Virus record (IMG/VR): IMGVR_UViG_3300020040_000044
Span: 1 to 6,006 of that record
Origin: a virus
Direction: 5' to 3' (one strand)
DNA length: 6,006 nt
Shown here: piece after piece, positions 1 through 5,649 of the stretch
How positions within the stretch are numbered: the stretch's first letter is position 1
How the letters are laid out: the number at the start of each line of letters is the position of its first letter
The notes under the pieces: generated by a model
What the model was told of the DNA's origin: nothing
Databases searched by the model: none
The model's input: the letters and a program-made list of their open reading frames with translations, nothing else
Made by a program: the position numbers and the translations under genes

Positions 1-121
1 ATTTGCGCAACAGCGGTCGTGCTGCTTACAAGTTGCAATGCAAAACAATTCGTAAGTCAGTCGGCATCTACTTTCAAAAACGGAGACACTGTTATTACGA
101 AAATCACGTACGAACAGGTCG
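1..121. repeat. Terminal redundancy, copy 1 (identical to 5886-6006); marks the circular junction
   Basis: Base-by-base comparison shows 1-121 (atttgcgcaacagcgg...cgaacaggtcg) equals 5886-6006 with no mismatch. Confidence 0.97.
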
Positions 122-138
122 GGACTATCAAAAAATGA
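1..138 (+). CDS. 3' portion of the junction-spanning lipoprotein ORF (same gene as 5808-6006)
   Basis: Frame 1 from base 1 (ATT TGC GCA ...) is open to TGA at 136-138. It is the in-frame continuation of the ORF starting at 5808, since 5886 corresponds to base 1 and both are codon starts. Confidence 0.6.
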   Translation: MCATAVVLLTSCNAKQFVSQSASTFKNGDTVITKITYEQVGTIKK

Positions 139-142
139 AAAC

Positions 143-418
143 ATGGGAAAAGAAACCATCTCACTATCGCCGAAAGACCAAATAAGTGTCATTGAATGCG
201 AACGAATAGAAGAGTCGCCATTTTCAGTTTGCGGCAACAAAGAACAAGGCTACGTCGTGACCATAGGGAAGAATCTCGTATCGAACCAAGTCTTTCGGAC
301 GAAAGAGGAAGCAAAGGAATACTGTAAACCCGAAAATATGACATGGAACGACCTGTTGGTTGCAGTATCGGTGGTCATGACACATATCATCAAAAACCAA
401 AAACACGAAGAAAAATGA
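143..418 (+). CDS. Hypothetical small protein, 91 aa, with a short hydrophobic C-terminal segment and charged tail
   Basis: ATG 143 lies 4 nt after the upstream stop. The stop TGA 416-418 overlaps the capsid ATG 415-417 (ATGA). The C-terminus reads WNDLLVAVSVVMTHIIKNQKHEEK (about 344-391), a marginal transmembrane or tail-anchor segment. I recognise no family. Confidence 0.6.
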   Translation: MGKETISLSPKDQISVIECERIEESPFSVCGNKEQGYVVTIGKNLVSNQVFRTKEEAKEYCKPENMTWNDLLVAVSVVMTHIIKNQKHEEK

Positions 419-2493
419 AAAAAGCTCTCGGAGGCGAACGACTGGGCGCCGGAAAAAAGATGGCCGTGGAACTTGAAAATTTCGGCCGAAGTTCAAACAA
501 CCTGTCGAAAATCGTAAGAACCGATCAATCTTTCGCAACAATCGTGCCCTACTACTGCGAAATAGGGCTGACAGGTGACACATTCTATATCAACGAGATC
601 GAATCGATCATTCGAACATTACCCACTAACGGACCGATATTCGGATCGGCAAAATTCCAAGTGGACGTATTCTGTGTGCCCATACGACTATACATGTCGG
701 CGCTTCACAATAACGCACTGGGTGTCGGACTGAAAATGGCCAACATCAAGCTGCCAAAACTATGGGAACCGATAATCAGGGAAAACAATGTCGGAAACGA
801 AAAAATCGACGAATATCTTATCAAGAACGCAAACAGCTACAATCCATCTTCACTTCCTGCGTATCTCGGGAAAAGAGGACTGCCCATCAACACGACCAAT
901 ACCAGTCTGCAAATCAAAAGGCAGGCTCTCTTCGAATTGGCATACTGGGACATCTATAAAAACTATTACGCCAACAAACAGGAAGAAATCGGATTCGTTA
1001 TCGGACCCAGTCCCAAACTGAGCAACGGAGTGATCCTCTACAATGCGACATCGCAAAAGCCAATCTCAAGTGACGGCACAGCACTCAATGTTACCGAAAA
1101 AACACCCATCACCAGCACAAACCTCTCTGTTCAAATCGGATTCTCAGCGGCAGCAGATGCCGAAAAGGTCGGCAAGAATGTCTATCTCGAACTGCCAGCC
1201 ATTCAAGATTCAGCAACTCCTCTGCGCAGAGAACTCTCCCAAGCAAACGAAATCAGCCAAGTCAACAGAAAGACCGTAAAATTCACATTCAGTATTCCAG
1301 CGAATCAATTTGCCATACCAAGTACGGCAAGCAAAAGCCCAATCATTATCGATGAAAACAAAGACATCGACAAAATCATCGGGTACAACACGAAAAACGA
1401 CATTCAGCTGGAAAAATTCGATCTGAATACGATAGACGATCTCAGAGAAGAAATTCTAGCGACACCGTCACAGGAAGAATTCATGCTGCCGACTTCCACT
1501 GCGAATGCGGTAAAATACCCGTTCTTGGCTCCACTGTACGATACGCTCAAAACGAAAAGCGGAGCCGAAGTCTACGGGAGGACCACATCCCAATGCGGAT
1601 TGGGAATCCGGACGTACCTATCCGACCGATTCAACAACTGGCTGAATACCGAGTGGATAGACGGAACGAATGGCATCAACGAAATAACCTCGGTTGATGT
1701 GACAAGCGGACTTCTCACCATGGATGCGCTTATCTTGCAGAAAAAAGTCTACGACATGCTCAATCGGATCGCCGTATCGGGTGGTTCATACAGGGACTGG
1801 CAAGAGGCAGTGTTCGGAGTCCGAGTAAGTCGCGCCGCAGAAAGCCCGATATATATCGGGGGTTATGCATCGGAAATCGTATTCGACGAGGTTGTCAGTA
1901 CGGCAGCCTTCGAGAGCGGAGAAACCGGACAAGAACCACTCGGATCACTCGCAGGAAGAGGTCGTGAAACATCGAAAAGAGGGGGGAAGAATATCAAAAT
2001 CCGCTGCGAAGAACCATCGCTGATCATGATTCTCGGATCAATCGTACCAAGAGTGGACTATTCACAAGGCAACAAGTGGTGGACGAGGATCGATACGATG
2101 AATGATTTCCACAAACCCAATCTCGATCAGATCGGATTTCAGGAACTCCTATCTCAGGAAATGAACGGTCGAGCGTGGAGAGTCAACGCGAATTACAAAA
2201 CAACAGACTTTAGCGTAGGGAAACAGCCAGCGTGGACAGAATACACTACTACGGTCAACGAAACATACGGAGATTTCGCCGCAGGGGAACCGTTGGACTA
2301 TATGGCCTTCAACAGAGTGTATGAAGTAATCAACGATCCGAAACTGAAGAATGCCACAACCTATATCGATCCGCAAATATTCAACAAAGCATTTGCAAAC
2401 TCCAATTTGGACGCGAAAAATTTTTGGATACAAATCGGATTCGACGTGATCGGTCGCCGCGTAAAGAGCGCCCGGGAAATTCCTAATCTGTAA
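415..2493 (+). CDS. VP1: Major capsid protein, Microviridae F / VP1 family (about 692 aa)
   Basis: Recalled family motifs are present. N-terminal: FGRSSNNLS...LTGDTFYI...VDVFCVPIRLY (661-693). Then YWDIYKNYYAN (about 940-975) and GLGIRTYLSDRFNNW (from 1597). Then LILQKKVYDMLNRIAVSGGSYRDWQEAVFGV...SPIYIGG (about 1730-1865). Then LGSIVPRVDYSQG and DFHKPNLDQIGFQEL. I chose the ATG at 415 because of the ATGA overlap with the upstream gene. ATG 460 (MAVELENF...) is an alternative. The track start at 343 would overlap the upstream ORF by 76 nt. Confidence 0.95.
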   Translation: MKKALGGERLGAGKKMAVELENFGRSSNNLSKIVRTDQSFATIVPYYCEIGLTGDTFYINEIESIIRTLPTNGPIFGSAKFQVDVFCVPIRLYMSALHNNALGVGLKMANIKLPKLWEPIIRENNVGNEKIDEYLIKNANSYNPSSLPAYLGKRGLPINTTNTSLQIKRQALFELAYWDIYKNYYANKQEEIGFVIGPSPKLSNGVILYNATSQKPISSDGTALNVTEKTPITSTNLSVQIGFSAAADAEKVGKNVYLELPAIQDSATPLRRELSQANEISQVNRKTVKFTFSIPANQFAIPSTASKSPIIIDENKDIDKIIGYNTKNDIQLEKFDLNTIDDLREEILATPSQEEFMLPTSTANAVKYPFLAPLYDTLKTKSGAEVYGRTTSQCGLGIRTYLSDRFNNWLNTEWIDGTNGINEITSVDVTSGLLTMDALILQKKVYDMLNRIAVSGGSYRDWQEAVFGVRVSRAAESPIYIGGYASEIVFDEVVSTAAFESGETGQEPLGSLAGRGRETSKRGGKNIKIRCEEPSLIMILGSIVPRVDYSQGNKWWTRIDTMNDFHKPNLDQIGFQELLSQEMNGRAWRVNANYKTTDFSVGKQPAWTEYTTTVNETYGDFAAGEPLDYMAFNRVYEVINDPKLKNATTYIDPQIFNKAFANSNLDAKNFWIQIGFDVIGRRVKSAREIPNL

Positions 2494-2496
2494 AAA

Positions 2497-2823
2497 ATGA
2501 GAAAGCCAATTTACACGTACAGACCTACATTAAGGGTCGACGCAACCTACGAAGCAGAGGGCCTCGAGGTTAAGTTAAGGAGAGTGACGGAAACCAATGA
2601 ACCGCTCGCAGGAGACATTCCTATCGTCTATACAAAGAAGACAGACGGAGTGCTTCCGGCATTCGACATCCGAACGGACAGATTCGAAGTAGCAAGAGAG
2701 GCGATGTCGAAAGTCCAAGAGAGCGAGATGGCCAAGGAGGCTCAGAGGATGGATGTCTTGAAGCCTGTCGAAAGGGCTCAAGAATTGTCCGAAATCGAGA
2801 ACAAGGTCGATCCGGACAAATAG
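2497..2823 (+). CDS. Hypothetical acidic protein, 108 aa; possible scaffolding or minor structural protein by position only
   Basis: ATG 2497 lies 3 nt after the capsid TAA (2491-2493) on the same strand, with codon usage similar to its neighbours. The C-terminal half is Glu/Lys-rich (SKVQESEMAKEAQRMD...ELSEIENKVDPDK). The functional call rests only on its position between the capsid and pilot genes. Confidence 0.65.
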   Translation: MRKPIYTYRPTLRVDATYEAEGLEVKLRRVTETNEPLAGDIPIVYTKKTDGVLPAFDIRTDRFEVAREAMSKVQESEMAKEAQRMDVLKPVERAQELSEIENKVDPDK

Positions 2824-2850
2824 GGCAATGGCCTTCGTAAATCGTCATGA

Positions 2851-2892
2851 GTGAACCCCCCGCTTAGCGGGGGGTAACTTACAGAGGTTCAC
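2851..2892 (+). other. Nested stem-loop: perfect 8-bp GC stem CCCCCCGC/GCGGGGGG (2856-2863 / 2867-2874, loop TTA), flanked by GTGAA(CC)/(GG)TTCAC (2851-2857 / 2886-2892)
   Basis: Reverse complements checked by hand. It lies in the 136-nt non-coding gap after the capsid module. No T-run follows immediately, so it is not a canonical intrinsic terminator. Confidence 0.7.
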
Positions 2893-2934
2893 TGCGGTAG
2901 ACGATTATACATATATAACAAGAAGGTATCTTGA

Positions 2935-2952
2935 TTTTTTTTTTAAAAAAAA
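2935..2952. repeat. Homopolymer palindrome T10A8, ending 7 nt upstream of the VP2 start codon
   Basis: Read directly: ttgaTTTTTTTTTTAAAAAAAAgtgaaaaATG. It is self-complementary. It could be a bent or AT-rich promoter or leader element. Confidence 0.6.
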
Positions 2953-2959
2953 GTGAAAA

Positions 2960-4036
2960 ATGGGAGCATTCTTATCAACACTGGGCAGCATAGGTACGGG
3001 CGCTCAATCCGTGGGTCAAGTCGCGAGCGCCGGAGGTGGTATTCTCGGATTATTCGGCATAGGAAACAGGAAGCGAGCCAAAAGGCAACTCGAGAACCAA
3101 ATCAAACTAAACGAAGCGGCAAACGAATCGAATTACCGGTGGGGTGAAAAGGCCGCGGAAAACGCATTTAAAAGGCAAATGGAGGCCTACGAGCGATCCT
3201 ACAAGGATCAATCCTATGCCGCCATGCGCAAGCAAATGGAAGAAGCCGGATTGTCCGTCGGACTCATGTATGGCGGGAGCGGCTCCGGAGGCGGAAGCGG
3301 ATTCATGACTCAGGCACCCATGGGGCAAGCGCACGGGGCAAACGCAGGGAAGGCAGATTCTCCGGCAGAACAATGGGCAATGAGAGCCAATCAAATCGAA
3401 ATGGGCCTAAACCTCGCCAATCTGAAAAAACAAGGAAAAGTGCTGGATAGTCAAGCCGAGCAAAATAAGGCTGCAGCCTCGAAAACCTCCGAAGAGGCAC
3501 AAACCGAAAGAGAGATGAGAGAGGGCAAGGTGAAGGAAATATTTCAACGAGGAAAGAGTCAGTATATCGACAACGTACGAAGGATGTTCGAAGATATGGC
3601 TATCGAAGACAACGATCGCTGGGGTGTCGAGGTTTACGACGACTTCTATGGCGATCATCGAATCGACTCAACGAGACTTCCGACGAGGAAAGATACGGCA
3701 GAGATCATTAAGACATTGTCGGAGTCAGAAGCGGCAAAAGGGCAAAATGAGAATTCAAAAGCCCTCGCGGAACTGAACACCGAACGGAAAAAATACCTGT
3801 TCATCGAAGCATTGAGCAACATGATACAGGCTGAAGCCGCAAAGAACTCCGGACTCGCCGCAATAGAAAACGCAGCAACAAACCGAGCGCAACAAGCATT
3901 GAGGGAACTTACGACGAAATACGAATACGGGATCGAAAAGACACCGAAATTCTGGATGGACTTGGGTGATCGAGTGTTGAAAGCTATCGGGGTCACTGTC
4001 GGCGCTGCGGCAGGCGCAAGAGGGTTGACAAAATAG
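2960..4036 (+). CDS. VP2: DNA pilot / minor capsid protein, Microviridae H / VP2-like (358 aa)
   Basis: The N-terminus is Gly/Ala-rich and hydrophobic (MGAFLSTLGSIGTGAQSVGQVASAGGGILGLFGIG) and is followed by basic NRKRAKRQ. The motif AAMRKQMEEAGLSVGLMYGG resembles the conserved AGLNP-type motif of microvirus VP2 proteins. A Gly run follows (GSGSGGGSG), then a long charged, helical central region, then a hydrophobic C-terminus (AIGVTVGAAAGARG). Position and size fit VP2. Confidence 0.85.
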   Translation: MGAFLSTLGSIGTGAQSVGQVASAGGGILGLFGIGNRKRAKRQLENQIKLNEAANESNYRWGEKAAENAFKRQMEAYERSYKDQSYAAMRKQMEEAGLSVGLMYGGSGSGGGSGFMTQAPMGQAHGANAGKADSPAEQWAMRANQIEMGLNLANLKKQGKVLDSQAEQNKAAASKTSEEAQTEREMREGKVKEIFQRGKSQYIDNVRRMFEDMAIEDNDRWGVEVYDDFYGDHRIDSTRLPTRKDTAEIIKTLSESEAAKGQNENSKALAELNTERKKYLFIEALSNMIQAEAAKNSGLAAIENAATNRAQQALRELTTKYEYGIEKTPKFWMDLGDRVLKAIGVTVGAAAGARGLTK

Positions 4037-4053
4037 CGAGAAAAGAATTCTCG
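4037..4053 (+). other. Hairpin CGAGAA-aagaa-TTCTCG immediately after the VP2 stop codon
   Basis: Perfect 6-bp stem (4037-4042 / 4048-4053) with a 5-nt loop, starting 1 nt after TAG 4034-4036. Confidence 0.5.
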
Positions 4054-4091
4054 GGAAAGGCCACGGGTTCCAAAGGTAACTGAGGCGTGGC

Positions 4092-4190
4092 ATGCTTGAG
4101 AAAAAGCGGTGTCTACGACAGGCGCAAGCCTTCGGCTGCAGAAAGTATATAGGGGGAGGAAAGGGCAAGCCCAATCCTCCTTTTTATTAA
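4092..4190 (+). CDS. Candidate small basic protein, 32 aa; possible J-like DNA-binding/packaging protein
   Basis: My translation is MLEKKRCLRQAQAFGCRKYIGGGKGKPNPPFY, with 8 Lys/Arg against 1 Glu. GAGG at 4082-4085 lies 6 nt upstream of the ATG. The C-terminal RKYIGG...FY resembles the RLWYVGG..F/Y tail of phiX174/G4 J as I recall it. The ORF is below the track size cutoff and overlaps predicted hairpins, so the coding call is tentative. Confidence 0.3.
   Translation: MLEKKRCLRQAQAFGCRKYIGGGKGKPNPPFY
4155..4185 (+). terminator. Putative rho-independent terminator
   Basis: GGAGGA (4155-4160) pairs with TCCTCC (4175-4180). An inner GGG/CCC stem (4163-4165 / 4170-4172) closes a CAAG loop. T5 follows (4181-4185), then ATTAAGGTTTTT. 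It lies at the end of the structural gene block and before the Rep gene. Confidence 0.5.
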
Positions 4191-4197
4191 GGTTTTT

Positions 4198-4234
4198 CGT
4201 ACGGCCTATCAGCCTTACGGCCGGCCTATATCAG
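4198..4234. repeat. Imperfect direct repeat: TACGGCCTATCAG (4200-4212) and TACGGCCGGCCTATATCAG (4216-4234). The second copy carries internal GGCC and TA duplications that create the palindrome GGCCGGCC (4219-4226).
   Basis: Read directly. CGTACG (4198-4203) is also palindromic. The repeat lies 40-75 nt upstream of the Rep start. Confidence 0.65.
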
Positions 4235-4256
4235 TCTCCACTGTGTTTCGACTGAT
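4230..4256 (+). promoter_or_regulatory. Stem-loop ATCAGTC / GACTGAT with a 13-nt loop, ending 16 nt upstream of the Rep ATG
   Basis: Perfect 7-bp inverted repeat (4230-4236 and 4250-4256). Its 5' arm overlaps the end of the second direct-repeat unit. The function (origin, operator or translational control) is not determinable from sequence. Confidence 0.45.
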
Positions 4257-4272
4257 CAATGGTGTCTTCGAC

Positions 4273-5199
4273 ATGTGTTTATATCCTAAGCTAATAAGAA
4301 ACAAGAGGTATTTGCCGAACAAGAAAAACGGCGGACATACACCGTATTGTGACGACGAGAGAAAAAAGGCCGTAGCAATCGGATGCGGGAAATGCATCGA
4401 GTGTCGAAAAAAACGAGCAAACGAGTGGCGGGTGAGGTTGATGATCGAATTGGAAAATCATCCCGAAAACGCACACTTCGTGACAATGACATACAGTGAC
4501 GAATCACTATCGAAATTCGAGCAAGAAGAAGCCTTAAGCGTGGCAAGTCGAAGCATCGAATTATTCAGGAAACGATGGTACAAAAGATACAAATGCGGCA
4601 TAAAACATTTTCTGATATGCGAATTAGGCGGAAACGACTCACAAAGGATGCATTTGCACGGAATATTGTGGACAGAGAAAAGCAAAGAAGAAGTGGAAGA
4701 GACATGGGGTTACGGTTTCGTAGACTACGGAGAATTCGTGAATGAGAAGACTGTGAATTACATCGTAAAATACATATTCAAAATCGACGAAAAGCATCCG
4801 GACTTCATTACCAAGGTGTGGACCTCAAAAGGAATAGGCCAAGGATACGCCGAAAGCGAAGGGAAGTGTTTCAACAAATTCAAGGGAATTTCAACGAAAG
4901 ATTACTACAGGATGCCATCGGGGCTAAAAGTAGCGCTGCCAATCTATATTCGAAACAAAATATTTGACGAGAACCAACGGGAAGAGCTGTGGATGCAAAA
5001 ACTCGATCAGAAAAAAAGATATGTGTGCGGAGAGAAAATCGACATATCGGACAAAAAGGGCATACAATCGTATTTCAAGTGTCTGAAGTATCATCAAGAG
5101 AGGACGGAAGCCTTAGGTTATAGCTCTGACGTTTGGATAAAAAAATCCTATAAGAAAAGTTTGGAAAAACTGAACGGAATCGATACATTTGAAACGTGA
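4273..5199 (+). CDS. VP4: Rolling-circle replication initiation protein, Microviridae A / VP4 family (308 aa)
   Basis: The N-terminus is MCLYPK... with a Cys cluster (C..C..CGKCIEC) followed by RKKRANEWRVR. RCR motif 1 is FVTMTY (4477-4494). Motif 2 is HLHGILW (4651-4671). Motif 3 is YIVKY, with two Tyr (4759-4773). The track start at 4243 is a GTG; ATG 4273 gives the typical MC... N-terminus. Confidence 0.93.
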   Translation: MCLYPKLIRNKRYLPNKKNGGHTPYCDDERKKAVAIGCGKCIECRKKRANEWRVRLMIELENHPENAHFVTMTYSDESLSKFEQEEALSVASRSIELFRKRWYKRYKCGIKHFLICELGGNDSQRMHLHGILWTEKSKEEVEETWGYGFVDYGEFVNEKTVNYIVKYIFKIDEKHPDFITKVWTSKGIGQGYAESEGKCFNKFKGISTKDYYRMPSGLKVALPIYIRNKIFDENQREELWMQKLDQKKRYVCGEKIDISDKKGIQSYFKCLKYHQERTEALGYSSDVWIKKSYKKSLEKLNGIDTFET

Positions 5200-5225
5200 T
5201 CAAAAAACAACCAAAAATCAAAGCC

Positions 5226-5474
5226 ATGAAAATCTATCAAGTCTTGAAGGTAACGAAAGAAGGTCGGTATCTCGTTAAAACGTGTCCTATGCTAAAAAGC
5301 GCCATAAACCGGGCGAAAGAAACCGTCGCAAACGCAGATGTCGCTCCGGCCGAATACCAATGCGTGAAAAAAGGAAAATTAGAGGACGGCTACTTCTACG
5401 CAAGCGTTCGACTGATGCATGACGGGTACGCGATAGATGCCGAAATATGGAAAACGCAAGTATACCATGAATAA
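5226..5474 (+). CDS. Hypothetical protein, 82 aa
   Basis: ATG 5226 is the first ATG in the ORF that opens at GTG 5196. That GTG overlaps the Rep stop as GTGA and is an alternative start. The product MKIYQVLKVTKEGRYLVKTCPMLKSAINRAKE... shows no motif I recognise. Confidence 0.5.
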   Translation: MKIYQVLKVTKEGRYLVKTCPMLKSAINRAKETVANADVAPAEYQCVKKGKLEDGYFYASVRLMHDGYAIDAEIWKTQVYHE

Positions 5475-5649
5475 GCAAGCACTCGGAGAGGCACTCAAGG
5501 AGCGCCTCGCCAAAATTCAACTGGAAAAGCAGAAGACGCTCGAACAACTATGGAACATAGAATTTACCGAGCAAACCACACTGGAAAAAATGAGGCGACA
5601 TGGAATGTTCACAGAGAGGGACGATCTACCACAAGCAAACGATAGTTGA
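5467..5649 (+). CDS. Hypothetical protein, 60 aa, predicted helical
   Basis: ATG 5467 overlaps the end of the upstream ORF by 8 nt (ATGAATAA). The product is MNKQALGEALKERLAKIQLEKQKTLEQLWNIEF.... The track start at 5437 is an alternative. Confidence 0.45.
   Translation: MNKQALGEALKERLAKIQLEKQKTLEQLWNIEFTEQTTLEKMRRHGMFTERDDLPQANDS

Noticed and set aside
1-121. The terminal repeat as a biological direct terminal repeat, or as attachment sites flanking an integrated element
   Set aside because: It is an exact match confined to the window ends, with a single ORF reading through the junction. Together with the microvirus gene content, this is best explained by a circular genome written with an assembly overlap. 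Microviridae virions carry circular ssDNA without terminal repeats.
3-185. Track ORF of 60 aa at the window start (MRNSGRAAYKLQ...)
   Set aside because: It starts at a TTG in frame 3. The junction-spanning ORF occupies frame 1 over the same bases and continues a properly initiated ATG ORF from 5808. The frame-3 product is a low-complexity basic read-through with no support.
135-185. 16-aa mini-ORF (MKTWEKKPSHYRRKTK) starting at an ATGA overlap with the lipoprotein stop
   Set aside because: It is very short and overlaps the better-supported 91-aa ORF that starts at 143. There is no supporting feature.
343-414. Upstream ATG (343) as the capsid start, giving the 716-aa track ORF
   Set aside because: It would overlap the 91-aa ORF by 76 nt and add a non-conserved Cys/His/basic extension. 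ATG 415 forms an ATGA stop-start overlap and gives an N-terminus of typical length before the conserved FGRSS...GDTF block. I cannot exclude 460.
762-1279. + strand ORFs embedded in the capsid gene (762-959, 788-1021, 1043-1279) as possible phiX E-like lysis genes
   Set aside because: None contains a hydrophobic transmembrane segment, as the E protein does. The products are low-complexity Ser/Thr/Lys/Arg-rich off-frame translations. There is no independent start-context evidence.
2880-2959. Bacteroides-type promoter (-33 TTTG / -7 TAnnTTTG) in the two intergenic regions
   Set aside because: I found no exact TAnnTTTG match at a sensible distance from the starts at 2960 or 4273. Near-matches such as TATCTTGA and TAAGGTTTTT are too degenerate to call by eye.
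2953-3147. 64-aa extremely Arg/Lys-rich + strand ORF overlapping the VP2 N-terminus in another frame (a possible embedded J-like gene)
   Set aside because: It starts at a GTG, and it is the off-frame reading of a Gly/Ala-rich (GGN/GCN) coding stretch, which naturally yields Arg-rich artefacts. The 32-aa intergenic sORF is a more parsimonious J candidate. Overlapping genes do occur in Microviridae (phiX174 B, K, E), so frame-specific conservation in relatives would be worth a check.
4124-4139. Small hairpin GC(A)AGCC-ttc-GGCTGC as a separate regulatory element
   Set aside because: It has only 6 bp with a bulge and lies inside the candidate sORF. It is not distinctive enough to report beyond noting that the region is structured.
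4243-4272. GTG 4243 as the Rep start
   Set aside because: It is a non-ATG start lying inside the upstream hairpin. ATG 4273 yields the MCLYP... N-terminus characteristic of microvirus VP4 proteins.
5581-5649. Programmed frameshift at GGAAAAAAT (A6 at 5585-5590) fusing the 60-aa and 68-aa ORFs
   Set aside because: The downstream ORF is in the +1 frame, not -1. The A-run is not positioned as an X XXY YYZ heptamer in the zero frame (codons are GAA AAA ATG). No downstream stimulatory structure is evident. Independent initiation at ATG 5600 or GTG 5660 is simpler.
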